Below, one piece after another: positions 1 through 8,775 of a stretch of 64,000 nucleotides of DNA. How positions within the stretch are numbered: the first letter of the stretch is position 1; each line of letters starts with the position of its first letter. The DNA lies in the NCBI GenBank assembly GCA_963664295.1, contig OY760935.1, positions 992,001 through 1,056,000 of the forward strand, written 5' to 3'. The translations under genes were made by a program, and so were the position numbers. The DNA comes from Candidatus Altimarinota bacterium. GTDB taxonomy: Bacteria; Patescibacteriota; Gracilibacteria; CAIRYL01; GCA-016699755. The notes below the pieces were generated by a model that saw nothing but the letters and a program-made list of their open reading frames with translations, searched no databases and was not told the DNA's origin.

Positions 1-1
1 A

Positions 2-343
2 AATGATAATAAAAAGTTTTTTTCAGTAGAAAATATCGCCTTAATTCAGCGCTCTGTAATTTTATCAAGCTGTGAATTAGGCACTTCTGAGGGTAAAAAT
101 TGGCTAGGATTAAAAGTGGAAACAAGAAGTGGCAAAAGAAAAGGTAAAGTTAGTAATGTTTTTTTTGATGAAAATCTTACCCAAGTAAAAAAAATAGAAG
201 TAAAGAAAAAAATTTTAGGATTTTTTAATAAAAAAATTATTCTACCCAGCAATTTAATATTTGAAGTACAAAAAAACAAAATAATTATTATTGATGATAC
301 ACAAAAAGCAGTAGAAATAAAATTAGCCCCTAGCGGTGCTTAG
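2..343 (+). CDS. PRC-barrel domain protein, 5'-truncated by window edge
   Basis: Frame is open from position 2 to TAG at 343; 'LGLKVETRSGKRKGKVSNVFFD...IEV' resembles a PRC-barrel. Confidence 0.65.
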   Translation, partial: NDNKKFFSVENIALIQRSVILSSCELGTSEGKNWLGLKVETRSGKRKGKVSNVFFDENLTQVKKIEVKKKILGFFNKKIILPSNLIFEVQKNKIIIIDDTQKAVEIKLAPSGA

Positions 344-352
344 TTATATACT

Positions 353-387
353 AAAAACAACCCTATAGTTAATAGGGCTGTTTTTTT
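353..387. terminator. Probable bidirectional intrinsic terminator
   Basis: A-rich tract, CCCTAT/ATAGGG stem, T-tract, between convergent genes. Confidence 0.6.
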
Positions 388-403
388 AAAGTCTTTTTAT
401 TGA

Positions 404-793
404 TTAAGTAGTTGTGCCGTCGCCTACAGCGATAATCCATCTTACTATAGAGTAGGACAAGAGGATTATAACAATACCAATTGCGGCCCAGGTAATAATT
501 TTTTTACCTTTGTTAACTTGTTCTTCTTCACCCTGAGCTGTAACCATAAGCACACCAGCGTAAATAATGAAACCAACTGCAATAATTCCTAGAAACAATA
601 GGAAGTAGTTAATAAACATACGCACAGCATCTTGTAAGCCAGTGTTTACAGCAGCGTCTGGGCGATCTTCAGTTCTGATTAAATTTTCAGAAGCTGCCAA
701 AGAGCCGTCAACACCAAGAAAGGCCACAAGCCCGGCCACTGTTGCAAAAGCTAAAGTAGCTGGTGAAAGAAGGATTTTTTTTAGTTTTTTCAT
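404..793 (-). CDS. VirB2/TrbC-like pilin (CPR-type)
   Basis: Signal-like N-terminus; two hydrophobic helices around 'IIYAGVLMVTAQGEEEQVNKGKKIITWAAIG'. Confidence 0.8.
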   Translation of the reverse strand: MKKLKKILLSPATLAFATVAGLVAFLGVDGSLAASENLIRTEDRPDAAVNTGLQDAVRMFINYFLLFLGIIAVGFIIYAGVLMVTAQGEEEQVNKGKKIITWAAIGIVIILLSYSIVRWIIAVGDGTTT

Positions 794-929
794 TTTAAAT
801 TTGAAAAGTTTTTAGTTAAAAATTTTATTTTTCATATTATTCTAACAGAAAAACATTAAGTTTTCAAGTAAATTGTCTACTTTACGGTAAAAAAAATCAA
901 GTTTTTTATAAAATATACTTAATAAAATA

Positions 930-958
930 TTGACAAAGGCGCTAAAAAAAGTGAAAAT
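930..958 (+). promoter_or_regulatory. Putative sigma70-type promoter for tRNA-Glu
   Basis: TTGACA(930-935)-17 bp-GAAAAT(953-958). Confidence 0.5.
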
Positions 959-1016
959 GAGGCTCGCTGTAATAAGCAACATTTAGCTAATTAGCAACAA
1001 AAAGCACAATTAACTA

Positions 1017-1091
1017 GGCCCGTTCGTCTAGTGGTTAGGACGCCAGGTTTTCATCCTGGTAACAGGGGTTCGATTCCCCTACGGGCTACCA
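1017..1091 (+). tRNA. tRNA-Glu(TTC)
   Basis: Cloverleaf GGCCCGT...ACGGGCT-A-CCA; anticodon arm CCAGG-TTTTCAT-CCTGG; GGTTCGATT T-loop. Confidence 0.97.
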
Positions 1092-1144
1092 AGTGCTTTT
1101 TTTTGTTGTTTTTATTTTTAAGATTACTAATTTATAATATAACC

Positions 1145-1423
1145 ATGGATAATGACTTTGAATATACACCGCCGAGCAATATTGTTTCGCCTGACGAGCC
1201 AGTTAGCAATATTCTAATCAACATTGCTGATTATTTACTTTTAACTATTGGCTCAGTTGCTGTTGTTTTGTTTGTTTTTGGTGCTTTTGTGTGGATTTTT
1301 GCAAAAGGAGATGAAGAACAAATTAACAAGGCAAAAAAATTATTTTTTTATGCCATTTTTGGTGCGCTTTTTGCGCTTTTGAGCTATGTTATTGTTGAAT
1401 ATGTAATAGACATATTTATTTGA
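1145..1423 (+). CDS. VirB2/TrbC-like pilin (92 aa)
   Basis: Start reassigned to ATG 1145 because the longer ORF overlaps the tRNA; motif 'VFGAFVWIFAKGDEEQINKAKKLFFYAIFG' is paralogous to 404-793. Confidence 0.75.
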   Translation: MDNDFEYTPPSNIVSPDEPVSNILINIADYLLLTIGSVAVVLFVFGAFVWIFAKGDEEQINKAKKLFFYAIFGALFALLSYVIVEYVIDIFI

Positions 1424-1474
1424 AATAAGACAAAAAATGTGTTAAAATAATAAGAAGGCAAAAAATAAACAAAA

Positions 1475-2209
1475 ATGAAAAATAATAAAAAAATACAAAG
1501 AAGCTTAAGACTTCAAAGCCTAGACAGTAGGGTTAGTGCTGGAGTTTTTGACGAAGAACAAAGAGATAAGTTAATTAAAAAACTAGAAAATTTAATTAGT
1601 GGAGCACTTTTTTTGGCTAATGACAAAAAAAGAAGAGAAAACTGGATTAACACCTTGCCCAGTTTGGACATTGATGACCTACTTGAGCTGGAGGGCGCTA
1701 TTATGCGGGAAAATTTACGCTATAAAAAGGGAGCTAGAAAAATTACTTTTGAAAAAACAGGAAAAAATATTGATATAGCAAATTGTTTTTATAAAAAAAC
1801 TGATGACCTTAGGCTTGATTTAACTAAAAACCCTGAGGAAAGACAAAACTCAGAGGCTCTTGACAACATGGCGTTGCTTTTAGTGATGGCGATTTTTGAT
1901 ATTTTTGAGCAAGAAGGAGCGCGGGATTTTAAACAAACACAGTTAAAACTAAAAATTACCCCAGATAGTTTTAAGCTCGAACAAAAAAGGCAAAAAGCAT
2001 TGGAGCAAATCGCAACAGGACTTCAGGAATGGAAAGGTGAATTTAAAAAAGACTGGGAAAGGTTCGTTGATGCTGTGAGCAGGTCTTTTTTGTTAGCAAA
2101 ACAAACAGAGTGTGAAATAGAAGATAAAGAAAATGATTTTCCCGAGATTGAAGCCGATGAGCAAGATTTAGACAGTTTTTTAGACTTATATCAAGCTTCA
2201 AATGAGTAA
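1475..2209 (+). CDS. Hypothetical helical protein
   Basis: 244-aa ORF; TTGAAA-17-TAAAAT upstream (1420-1448); overlaps next gene by 8 bp. Confidence 0.7.
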   Translation: MKNNKKIQRSLRLQSLDSRVSAGVFDEEQRDKLIKKLENLISGALFLANDKKRRENWINTLPSLDIDDLLELEGAIMRENLRYKKGARKITFEKTGKNIDIANCFYKKTDDLRLDLTKNPEERQNSEALDNMALLLVMAIFDIFEQEGARDFKQTQLKLKITPDSFKLEQKRQKALEQIATGLQEWKGEFKKDWERFVDAVSRSFLLAKQTECEIEDKENDFPEIEADEQDLDSFLDLYQASNE

Positions 2210-5200
2210 GATATTTGACACAGCAGTAGAAATGTTGGCAGGCAAAGAGCAATCTCCAGAAGAAAAAGACCAGTCTATTTTGCAATCTTTTGATCTCAAG
2301 GCTCAGACCGAAAGCGCAAAAGGAGTTTTGGGTAGTGTTTGGGAAGTGACCAAAGAAACAACCAATGACGCTTTTGAATGGCTAAAGAAAAACAAAAAAG
2401 ATGTAATTAAGGTGGGGATAGGAGTTGTTGGTATTAGTTTAGCCTATAAATTTATTCGCGGATTATTTGGCGACAAAGAAGGCGGTTCTGGCAATAAAGA
2501 GGGAGGAGGCCTTTTTGGCTGGCTTAAAGAGGCAGTTGGAATAAAAAAAATTGCGGGAATAGCTGGGGTAGGCTCCGCCCTATGGCTTACACAAAAAATA
2601 CTCAAAGGTGATCTTGTTCCAGTTATTAAATGGTTTGAAAAAAAGGCAGGCATTTTGGGAGATGAAAAAGCAAAAGAACACCTAACTGAACTTGTTGGTG
2701 AAAAAAATGCAAACAGAGTTATTGAGGCGACTAGTGCTGTTTTACATCCAGTTGAAACCTTAAGTGATACTGTCGATAAGGCCAAAGCATGGTGTGCTGA
2801 GCACGGTGTTTCTGCTGACTGGTTGCCTGATCCAAAAAAACTTTATACTGATTACATACAAAAATATCCAACAATGGCAACCGCCGCAGTTGCCGGAAGC
2901 ACTATTTTGGCTTGGTGGTTTACTAAAGACATTTTAAAGTTTTTAATAAAAAGTGTTTTTAGTCCAAAAAAACTTTTAGCACTTACTGCAATCACTGGAC
3001 TTTCAATGATATTGTTTGGTAAGACAGATTTTATTGCTAAAAAACTGCAAGAAATTGGAATTAATATCAATGATTATAATAAAGATGGAAAGATTAATTT
3101 TTCAGACATTGCTATTGAAATTGCCAAAAAAGGAATTGAAGCAATAAAGTGGCTAAGAGGGCAAATTGGTTTATTTTTAGACAAGCTTGGTTTTAATAAC
3201 AATGCCCAGTTTGTTGTTATGGGTGCAGGTGCATTTACAATTTGGAAAACAAGAAGATTTTTGTTAGGAGCCAGTAAGTTTGCTGTATCAGCAGCTCCTT
3301 TTTTAGCTATAACCACTGCTTTGTTGTGTTTGTTGCAAGACGATGCTGTAGCCGACGAAAAATTAGAGACAGAAGAAGACAAAAGAAAGTTTCTGGATAA
3401 ATATTTAGAAAAAATACTACAAGAAACAACAGACCCGGAAATAAAAGAAATACTTAAAAATAATAAAAATGAAGTAGTGAACTTTTTTATGAACCCTAAA
3501 GATTTTAGCTATGAGCACCAGGGTGGTACTTTTGACACAATTGTTTCTTGTACAAATTTTGTTGGTGATTTTTGTGCTGCTATGGGCGAAAGTGCAGGCA
3601 GTTTACTTGATGCATTAGCAGAAAATGGTGATGCCAATAAACATACAATTGAATTTATTAAAGAAAAAAACGAAACGGGCTTTAGTTTATTTGATATAGT
3701 TGGTTTTTTTCGGGCAATGTACAGAGATGGAACGGAGATTTTAATAGCAGACGGAATGGTTTCTTGTGCAATGAAAGGGGCAAGGGGGGTTGTGTGGACT
3801 GTGATGACAAGTGTGGATGTCACAGTAGATGCAATTAAAGATGCAATATTAGAAAATCCATTTGAAGGTGTAAAAACTTATGTAAAAGGGTCAGCATTTT
3901 TTATTGGCATAGGAACCACAGTGGGTGGTGTTTTCGGAGGAGTGCCAGGTGCGCTTAAGGGCTTTAAGCAGGGTGCTTTGTTGCCAGGTAAGATTACTAT
4001 TGGCGCAGGTGTTAAGCTGGCAAAGACGCCAAAGCAAATTCAGCGTGTTATTGAAGAAGCCCCTGAGTGGAAGGCGCTTAAAGCAACAAATGTGAAAAAT
4101 AAATTTAAAGGCATTCGGTTTGCTAGTTTTTTGAAAAATCACCAAGAAGAAGCATATTTTAAGTTTTTACAAAAAACATACAAAGATGCTTATAGAAATT
4201 ATGCTTTTTATTCAGGCCTCAACCCTTGGACAGATGAAATAGGAGATGAATGGTCATTTAAAAAATCAGCAAATAAATGGAAAGCAAAAATGGCGGATCT
4301 TACAAAAAAAATTGAAACACATAAGTATTATGTACCTAGTAAACATGATGGTTTAGTTAAAGAACTTGGACAAGAAGTTTTAAACGATCCTGAGCTGAAA
4401 AATATTTACAGACAAAGGGCAACTAGACTAAAGAACATAAAAATAGGTGCAGAATTTACACAAGGCAAAAAAATATATCAAGTTGCACAATATATTCCAG
4501 AAAAAGACGAGGTGGTTTTGTATGAGCTTGGAAAAAATAAAATAAAAAGAATGCCAGCAAAACATTTACCAAAAGAAGCATTTAAGAATGGTAAAATAAG
4601 AGCTGTTGGTAAGGTGACTGGGCGCATGGTGGAGGCCGGAAGAAAAGGAGCAGGAAAAGCAACAGCAACAGCTAAAGCTGGTGTTGCAAATGTGGGTAAC
4701 GCAGGAAAAGAAGCATTAGAGGCTGTAGCTGACACAAAAATAGGCAGAATTGCTCAAAAAACAGGTAAAGTATTGGGCTCAGGTGTAGACACTGTTGCAG
4801 AGCGCACAGGGGCTAAGGCAGTGGCAAGGTTCATGGAAAAAACAAAAATAGTCAAAGTTGCTGGAAAATTAGCTGGCCCAGTAGCAATTGGCTACGAACT
4901 TTATACAGCAATAAAAGAAGAAACCACTGCAGAGAAAGAAAAAAATGAAGCAATAAGAGATCTAAAGAAAGGTAAGGCAAAAATGCACGCAGGACTTGCT
5001 GTTGCCAATGGCATATTATTAGCAACAAGTTCTACTGTAGATGCTACTGCATTAGCTGCGGGGTCTGCTACGGCTGCCTCTATTGGACTAGCTGGCGCAG
5101 GTGCAGTGGCCATAGAAAGCTGGCGTTATGTTTATGATGGAGCAATGGACTCAGCAGAAGAAAACCTTAAACAAGCTTCGGATTGGGTGACAGAACATGA

Positions 5201-6128
5201 TCGCTTAGGGCTTTTTCATGCACTATTAAGTACAGCAACAGATTTGACCACTGGTGATAAATATAGAGCAACTTTTAGTACTGCTACAGGAGAAAGTATT
5301 TTAGAAGAAAAAATAGACACTCGTAGAAAAATTTGGGAAGCAATTTTGATGCAAGAGGAGGTGTTTGCTCCCCCAAAAGATCCTTCATTAAGTTCAAAAT
5401 ATTTATTTTATCGCATGCTTTTTATAAAAAATAGCACAGTTGATTTTATAGGCACAGATTTTGACCAAATTCGTAACACATTAAAGCTTTCTTCTAATTT
5501 TGCCACAGCTATGGTTTATAGAGAAAAATTAATACAAAAAGGTGTGACAAGTTCTGTTTTTGAGATCGGAGGTGGTACTTTTGATTTAATTAAAGACTTT
5601 AAAGTATCAGATCCAAATATTGTATTAAAGATTGCTTTTTGGATGAAAAATGAAACAGAAACATATAAAGAGACTGAAGGCATAATTGAAAAACAAACAG
5701 AACCAAGGCTTGCCAAGAATCCTTTAGTTTATGCTCTTTATGAGGCTGGCACATACCTTGGCTATGTGGGTGATGGCTCTTTAGAGAGCTTACAAGAGTT
5801 TTTTAATGAAGAACGTAAAAGCGAAAGAGGTGTTTATTGGAATGTTGACAAAGGGGCATGGTATGTTAATGAGGCAGGCTTGGAGTTTGACAATAAAGTA
5901 GGTGTTGGTGGGTATAGAACAGCAATAAACACTATTAAAACTTTGGAAAGCGAAAGTGATGATGTACTTGAGCATAGAGCCCAAAAAGTGGCAGATGCTT
6001 TTGCGGGTAGTGGCTATACAGATGTTTTAAAAAATCAAACCTTAATTATTATAGAAAAAATGAAAGAAGGCCTAAAGAAGTGGCAGGCTCAGGTTAGAGC
6101 AGAACGAAAGGCAAGAAAAAGGCAATAA
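2202..6128 (+). CDS. Large hypothetical membrane protein with multiple Gly/Ala-rich hydrophobic segments
   Basis: 1308-aa ORF; several hydrophobic stretches; EF-hand-like 'DYNKDGKINFSD'. Confidence 0.8.
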   Translation: MSKIFDTAVEMLAGKEQSPEEKDQSILQSFDLKAQTESAKGVLGSVWEVTKETTNDAFEWLKKNKKDVIKVGIGVVGISLAYKFIRGLFGDKEGGSGNKEGGGLFGWLKEAVGIKKIAGIAGVGSALWLTQKILKGDLVPVIKWFEKKAGILGDEKAKEHLTELVGEKNANRVIEATSAVLHPVETLSDTVDKAKAWCAEHGVSADWLPDPKKLYTDYIQKYPTMATAAVAGSTILAWWFTKDILKFLIKSVFSPKKLLALTAITGLSMILFGKTDFIAKKLQEIGININDYNKDGKINFSDIAIEIAKKGIEAIKWLRGQIGLFLDKLGFNNNAQFVVMGAGAFTIWKTRRFLLGASKFAVSAAPFLAITTALLCLLQDDAVADEKLETEEDKRKFLDKYLEKILQETTDPEIKEILKNNKNEVVNFFMNPKDFSYEHQGGTFDTIVSCTNFVGDFCAAMGESAGSLLDALAENGDANKHTIEFIKEKNETGFSLFDIVGFFRAMYRDGTEILIADGMVSCAMKGARGVVWTVMTSVDVTVDAIKDAILENPFEGVKTYVKGSAFFIGIGTTVGGVFGGVPGALKGFKQGALLPGKITIGAGVKLAKTPKQIQRVIEEAPEWKALKATNVKNKFKGIRFASFLKNHQEEAYFKFLQKTYKDAYRNYAFYSGLNPWTDEIGDEWSFKKSANKWKAKMADLTKKIETHKYYVPSKHDGLVKELGQEVLNDPELKNIYRQRATRLKNIKIGAEFTQGKKIYQVAQYIPEKDEVVLYELGKNKIKRMPAKHLPKEAFKNGKIRAVGKVTGRMVEAGRKGAGKATATAKAGVANVGNAGKEALEAVADTKIGRIAQKTGKVLGSGVDTVAERTGAKAVARFMEKTKIVKVAGKLAGPVAIGYELYTAIKEETTAEKEKNEAIRDLKKGKAKMHAGLAVANGILLATSSTVDATALAAGSATAASIGLAGAGAVAIESWRYVYDGAMDSAEENLKQASDWVTEHDRLGLFHALLSTATDLTTGDKYRATFSTATGESILEEKIDTRRKIWEAILMQEEVFAPPKDPSLSSKYLFYRMLFIKNSTVDFIGTDFDQIRNTLKLSSNFATAMVYREKLIQKGVTSSVFEIGGGTFDLIKDFKVSDPNIVLKIAFWMKNETETYKETEGIIEKQTEPRLAKNPLVYALYEAGTYLGYVGDGSLESLQEFFNEERKSERGVYWNVDKGAWYVNEAGLEFDNKVGVGGYRTAINTIKTLESESDDVLEHRAQKVADAFAGSGYTDVLKNQTLIIIEKMKEGLKKWQAQVRAERKARKRQ

Positions 6129-6129
6129 A

Positions 6130-8688
6130 TTAAGTCTTAAGTTTTTGAATTTTTTCTTTTAATTCTTCTGCCAATTGACGAGTTTCTTTTACTAGGTGGG
6201 CAGGTGCTTTTTCTGTGTAGCCTTTGTTATTTAATTTTGCTTCAAGTCCTTTTAGTTGCTCCTCTGCTTCTTTCAGCTCTTTTTTCTTACGAGCCTGCTC
6301 TTTGGCTTCATCAACTAAGCCTTTGAGTGGTAAAGCAATGTCTATGCCAGCTATAAAGTCTTGTACTGCCTTGTCTGCATATTTTTCGTATTTTACCTCC
6401 TCAATACGGGCTAGTGATTTAATGATGGCTTCATTTTTTTTGATTGCATCGAGATTTTTGCCTGTGAAATGAGCAGTAATTTTTTTTACAGGTTCTACTT
6501 TGTGCTCTGCGCGCACAGAACGAATAAAAGAAATAACTTCTTTAACTTTTTCAAATTCTAAATCATTCAAAGCATCATTTTTAGCTTGTGGCCAAGGTGA
6601 AATTATTAGCATTTCTTTTTCACCAATTTCTGACCAGATTTTTTCTGTGACGAATGGCAAAATTGGGTGCCAAAGTTTTAATAAAATTTTTAATGTATCA
6701 AATAATAATGCGTTTGTGTCTGGCCTATTTTCTGCCTTGGATGCTTCAATTGCCCAATCTGCAAATAAGTCCCAGGTAAACTCCCATAATTCTTCAGCAA
6801 CTGCGCCAAGATTATATTTTTGATAATTTTTAGTGGTGTTTTTAATTAAATTAGCTCTTAAGGTCAATATCCATTGTTGTAAGTCTGTTTGTGGCTTTGT
6901 TGGTGCTTCTGTTTTTTCTTGTGAGTTTATGAAACGAGCCATGTTCCAGAGTTTATTGCAAAAATTTCGACAACCTGCGATTTTTTCTTCACCCAAATTT
7001 ACTTGATTTCCTGGACTTGTGCCAATTATGAGTGAAAGACGGACTGCATCAGCACCAAACTTTTTAATCATATCAATTGGGTCTATACCATTTCCTTTGG
7101 ATTTGCTCATTTTTTTGCCATGAGCATCACAAACAAGACCATGTAAATACACTGTTTCATATGGATATTTTCCAGTTGCATAACGACCAAACATGATCAT
7201 GCGGGCAACCCAAAAAAATAAAATATCATGCCCAGTTTCTAATACATTTGTTGGGTAAAATTTTTGATAATCAGGATGGTTTTCGTCTGGCCAACCAAGA
7301 GTAGAAAATGGCCAAAGCGCAGAGGAAAACCAAGTGTCCAAAGTATCTTCGTCTTGACGAAGATTTGAGCTACCACAAGGACATTTTTCAGGTGTTTTTG
7401 TGTCTACAATTTCTTTGCCACAATCATCACAATACCAAACAGGAATGCGATGACCCCACCAAATTTGACGAGAAATACACCAGTCCCGCAGATTTTCTAT
7501 CCAATTAAAATAAATTTTTCCAAATCTTTTAGGGATAATCTCTACATCACCATTTTTTACTGCATCAATTGTTAATTTTTTAATTGTGGTTTTTTTGCCG
7601 GTATGTCGATCTATAAATTCTTTTTCTACTGACACAAACCACTGCGGAGAAATCATTGGCTCAACAACAGTGTGTGAACGATAGCAATAAGCTACTCTGT
7701 TTACATAATTTTCATCAATTTTTTCAATTAAGCCCTTTTTTTTCATTTCTTCGACCACTGCCTTTCTGGCCTCAAACCTATCCATGCCTGCAAATTTACC
7801 AGCATGTTCATTCATTTTTCCGTTAAAATCAATAACTTGTTTGATTTCTAAATTATGTCTTTTTCCTACCTCAAAATCATTTGGATCATGAGCTGGTGTG
7901 ATTTTTACTACACCTGTTCCAAATTTAGGATCCACATATTCATCAGCAATTACCTTTAGTCTTGCTGAGCCAAGCACTGTTTCAATATCTACCTCCTTAC
8001 CAATCCATTTTTGATAGCGCTTGTCGTCTGGATGAACCGCTATGGCAGTATCACCAAACTTTGTTTCCGGGCGCACAGTTGCCAAAGTAAAAGGCCCATA
8101 TTTTATGTAATAAAGAGGATTGTTTTCTTCTTGCCACTCAAGTTCGTCATCAGCAAGTACGCTTTGAGCACCAACAGACCAGTTTATCATGCGTTCACCA
8201 CGCACAATTAAATCATCTTCATAAAGCATTTTAAAAATAGTGTTAACTGCATGATTACGCTCTTCATCAAAAGTGTATGCTTCACGACTCCAATCACAAC
8301 TTGAGCCCATGCGTTTTATTTGATTGCTTATTGTTGCGTGAGATTTTGCAGCAAATTTTTTGCAGTGCTCCAAAAACTCTTCACGACCATATTCCTCTCG
8401 GCTTTTTGCGCCAAGCTCTCTAAGCACCACGTTTTCTGTAGCGATGGCAGCGTGATCTGTGCCAGGAACCCATAAGGTAGATTCGCCAAGCATACGGTGA
8501 TAGCGAATAAAAGCATCTTCAATGGCAAGCATAATCGCATGACCAAGATGTAAAGTTCCTGTCACATTTGGTGGAGGAATTGGTATTGTAAAAGTTTTAT
8601 CAGCATTGTTGGGCTGAAAATAACCTTTTTCTTCCCAGGTTTTATAAAGTTCTTGTTCGCTTTTGTGCGGGTCATATGCTTTTTCCAT
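6130..8688 (-). CDS. valS: Valine--tRNA ligase
   Basis: PPPNVTGTLHLGH, DWCISRQIWWGH, KMSKS, C-terminal coiled coil. Confidence 0.98.
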   Translation of the reverse strand: MEKAYDPHKSEQELYKTWEEKGYFQPNNADKTFTIPIPPPNVTGTLHLGHAIMLAIEDAFIRYHRMLGESTLWVPGTDHAAIATENVVLRELGAKSREEYGREEFLEHCKKFAAKSHATISNQIKRMGSSCDWSREAYTFDEERNHAVNTIFKMLYEDDLIVRGERMINWSVGAQSVLADDELEWQEENNPLYYIKYGPFTLATVRPETKFGDTAIAVHPDDKRYQKWIGKEVDIETVLGSARLKVIADEYVDPKFGTGVVKITPAHDPNDFEVGKRHNLEIKQVIDFNGKMNEHAGKFAGMDRFEARKAVVEEMKKKGLIEKIDENYVNRVAYCYRSHTVVEPMISPQWFVSVEKEFIDRHTGKKTTIKKLTIDAVKNGDVEIIPKRFGKIYFNWIENLRDWCISRQIWWGHRIPVWYCDDCGKEIVDTKTPEKCPCGSSNLRQDEDTLDTWFSSALWPFSTLGWPDENHPDYQKFYPTNVLETGHDILFFWVARMIMFGRYATGKYPYETVYLHGLVCDAHGKKMSKSKGNGIDPIDMIKKFGADAVRLSLIIGTSPGNQVNLGEEKIAGCRNFCNKLWNMARFINSQEKTEAPTKPQTDLQQWILTLRANLIKNTTKNYQKYNLGAVAEELWEFTWDLFADWAIEASKAENRPDTNALLFDTLKILLKLWHPILPFVTEKIWSEIGEKEMLIISPWPQAKNDALNDLEFEKVKEVISFIRSVRAEHKVEPVKKITAHFTGKNLDAIKKNEAIIKSLARIEEVKYEKYADKAVQDFIAGIDIALPLKGLVDEAKEQARKKKELKEAEEQLKGLEAKLNNKGYTEKAPAHLVKETRQLAEELKEKIQKLKT

Positions 8689-8727
8689 TGTTTAATCAAA
8701 ATCAAGGGAAATACTAGCAAAGACCTT

Positions 8728-8775
8728 GCTTATTAGCAATTTTAATTCCAAGCTTATTAGCAATTTTAATTCCAA
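8728..8775. repeat. Perfect 24-bp tandem duplication
   Basis: GCTTATTAGCAATTTTAATTCCAA x2 (8728-8751, 8752-8775), overlapping the stop of the upstream SLH gene. Confidence 0.9.

Noticed and set aside
1031-1144. N-terminal extension of the 130-aa ORF
   Set aside because: Overlaps tRNA-Glu; ATG 1145 gives a coherent pilin
1017-6128. Prophage or island integrated at tRNA-Glu (tape-measure-like protein)
   Set aside because: No integrase or phage structural genes, and I did not see a duplicated tRNA-Glu 3' end
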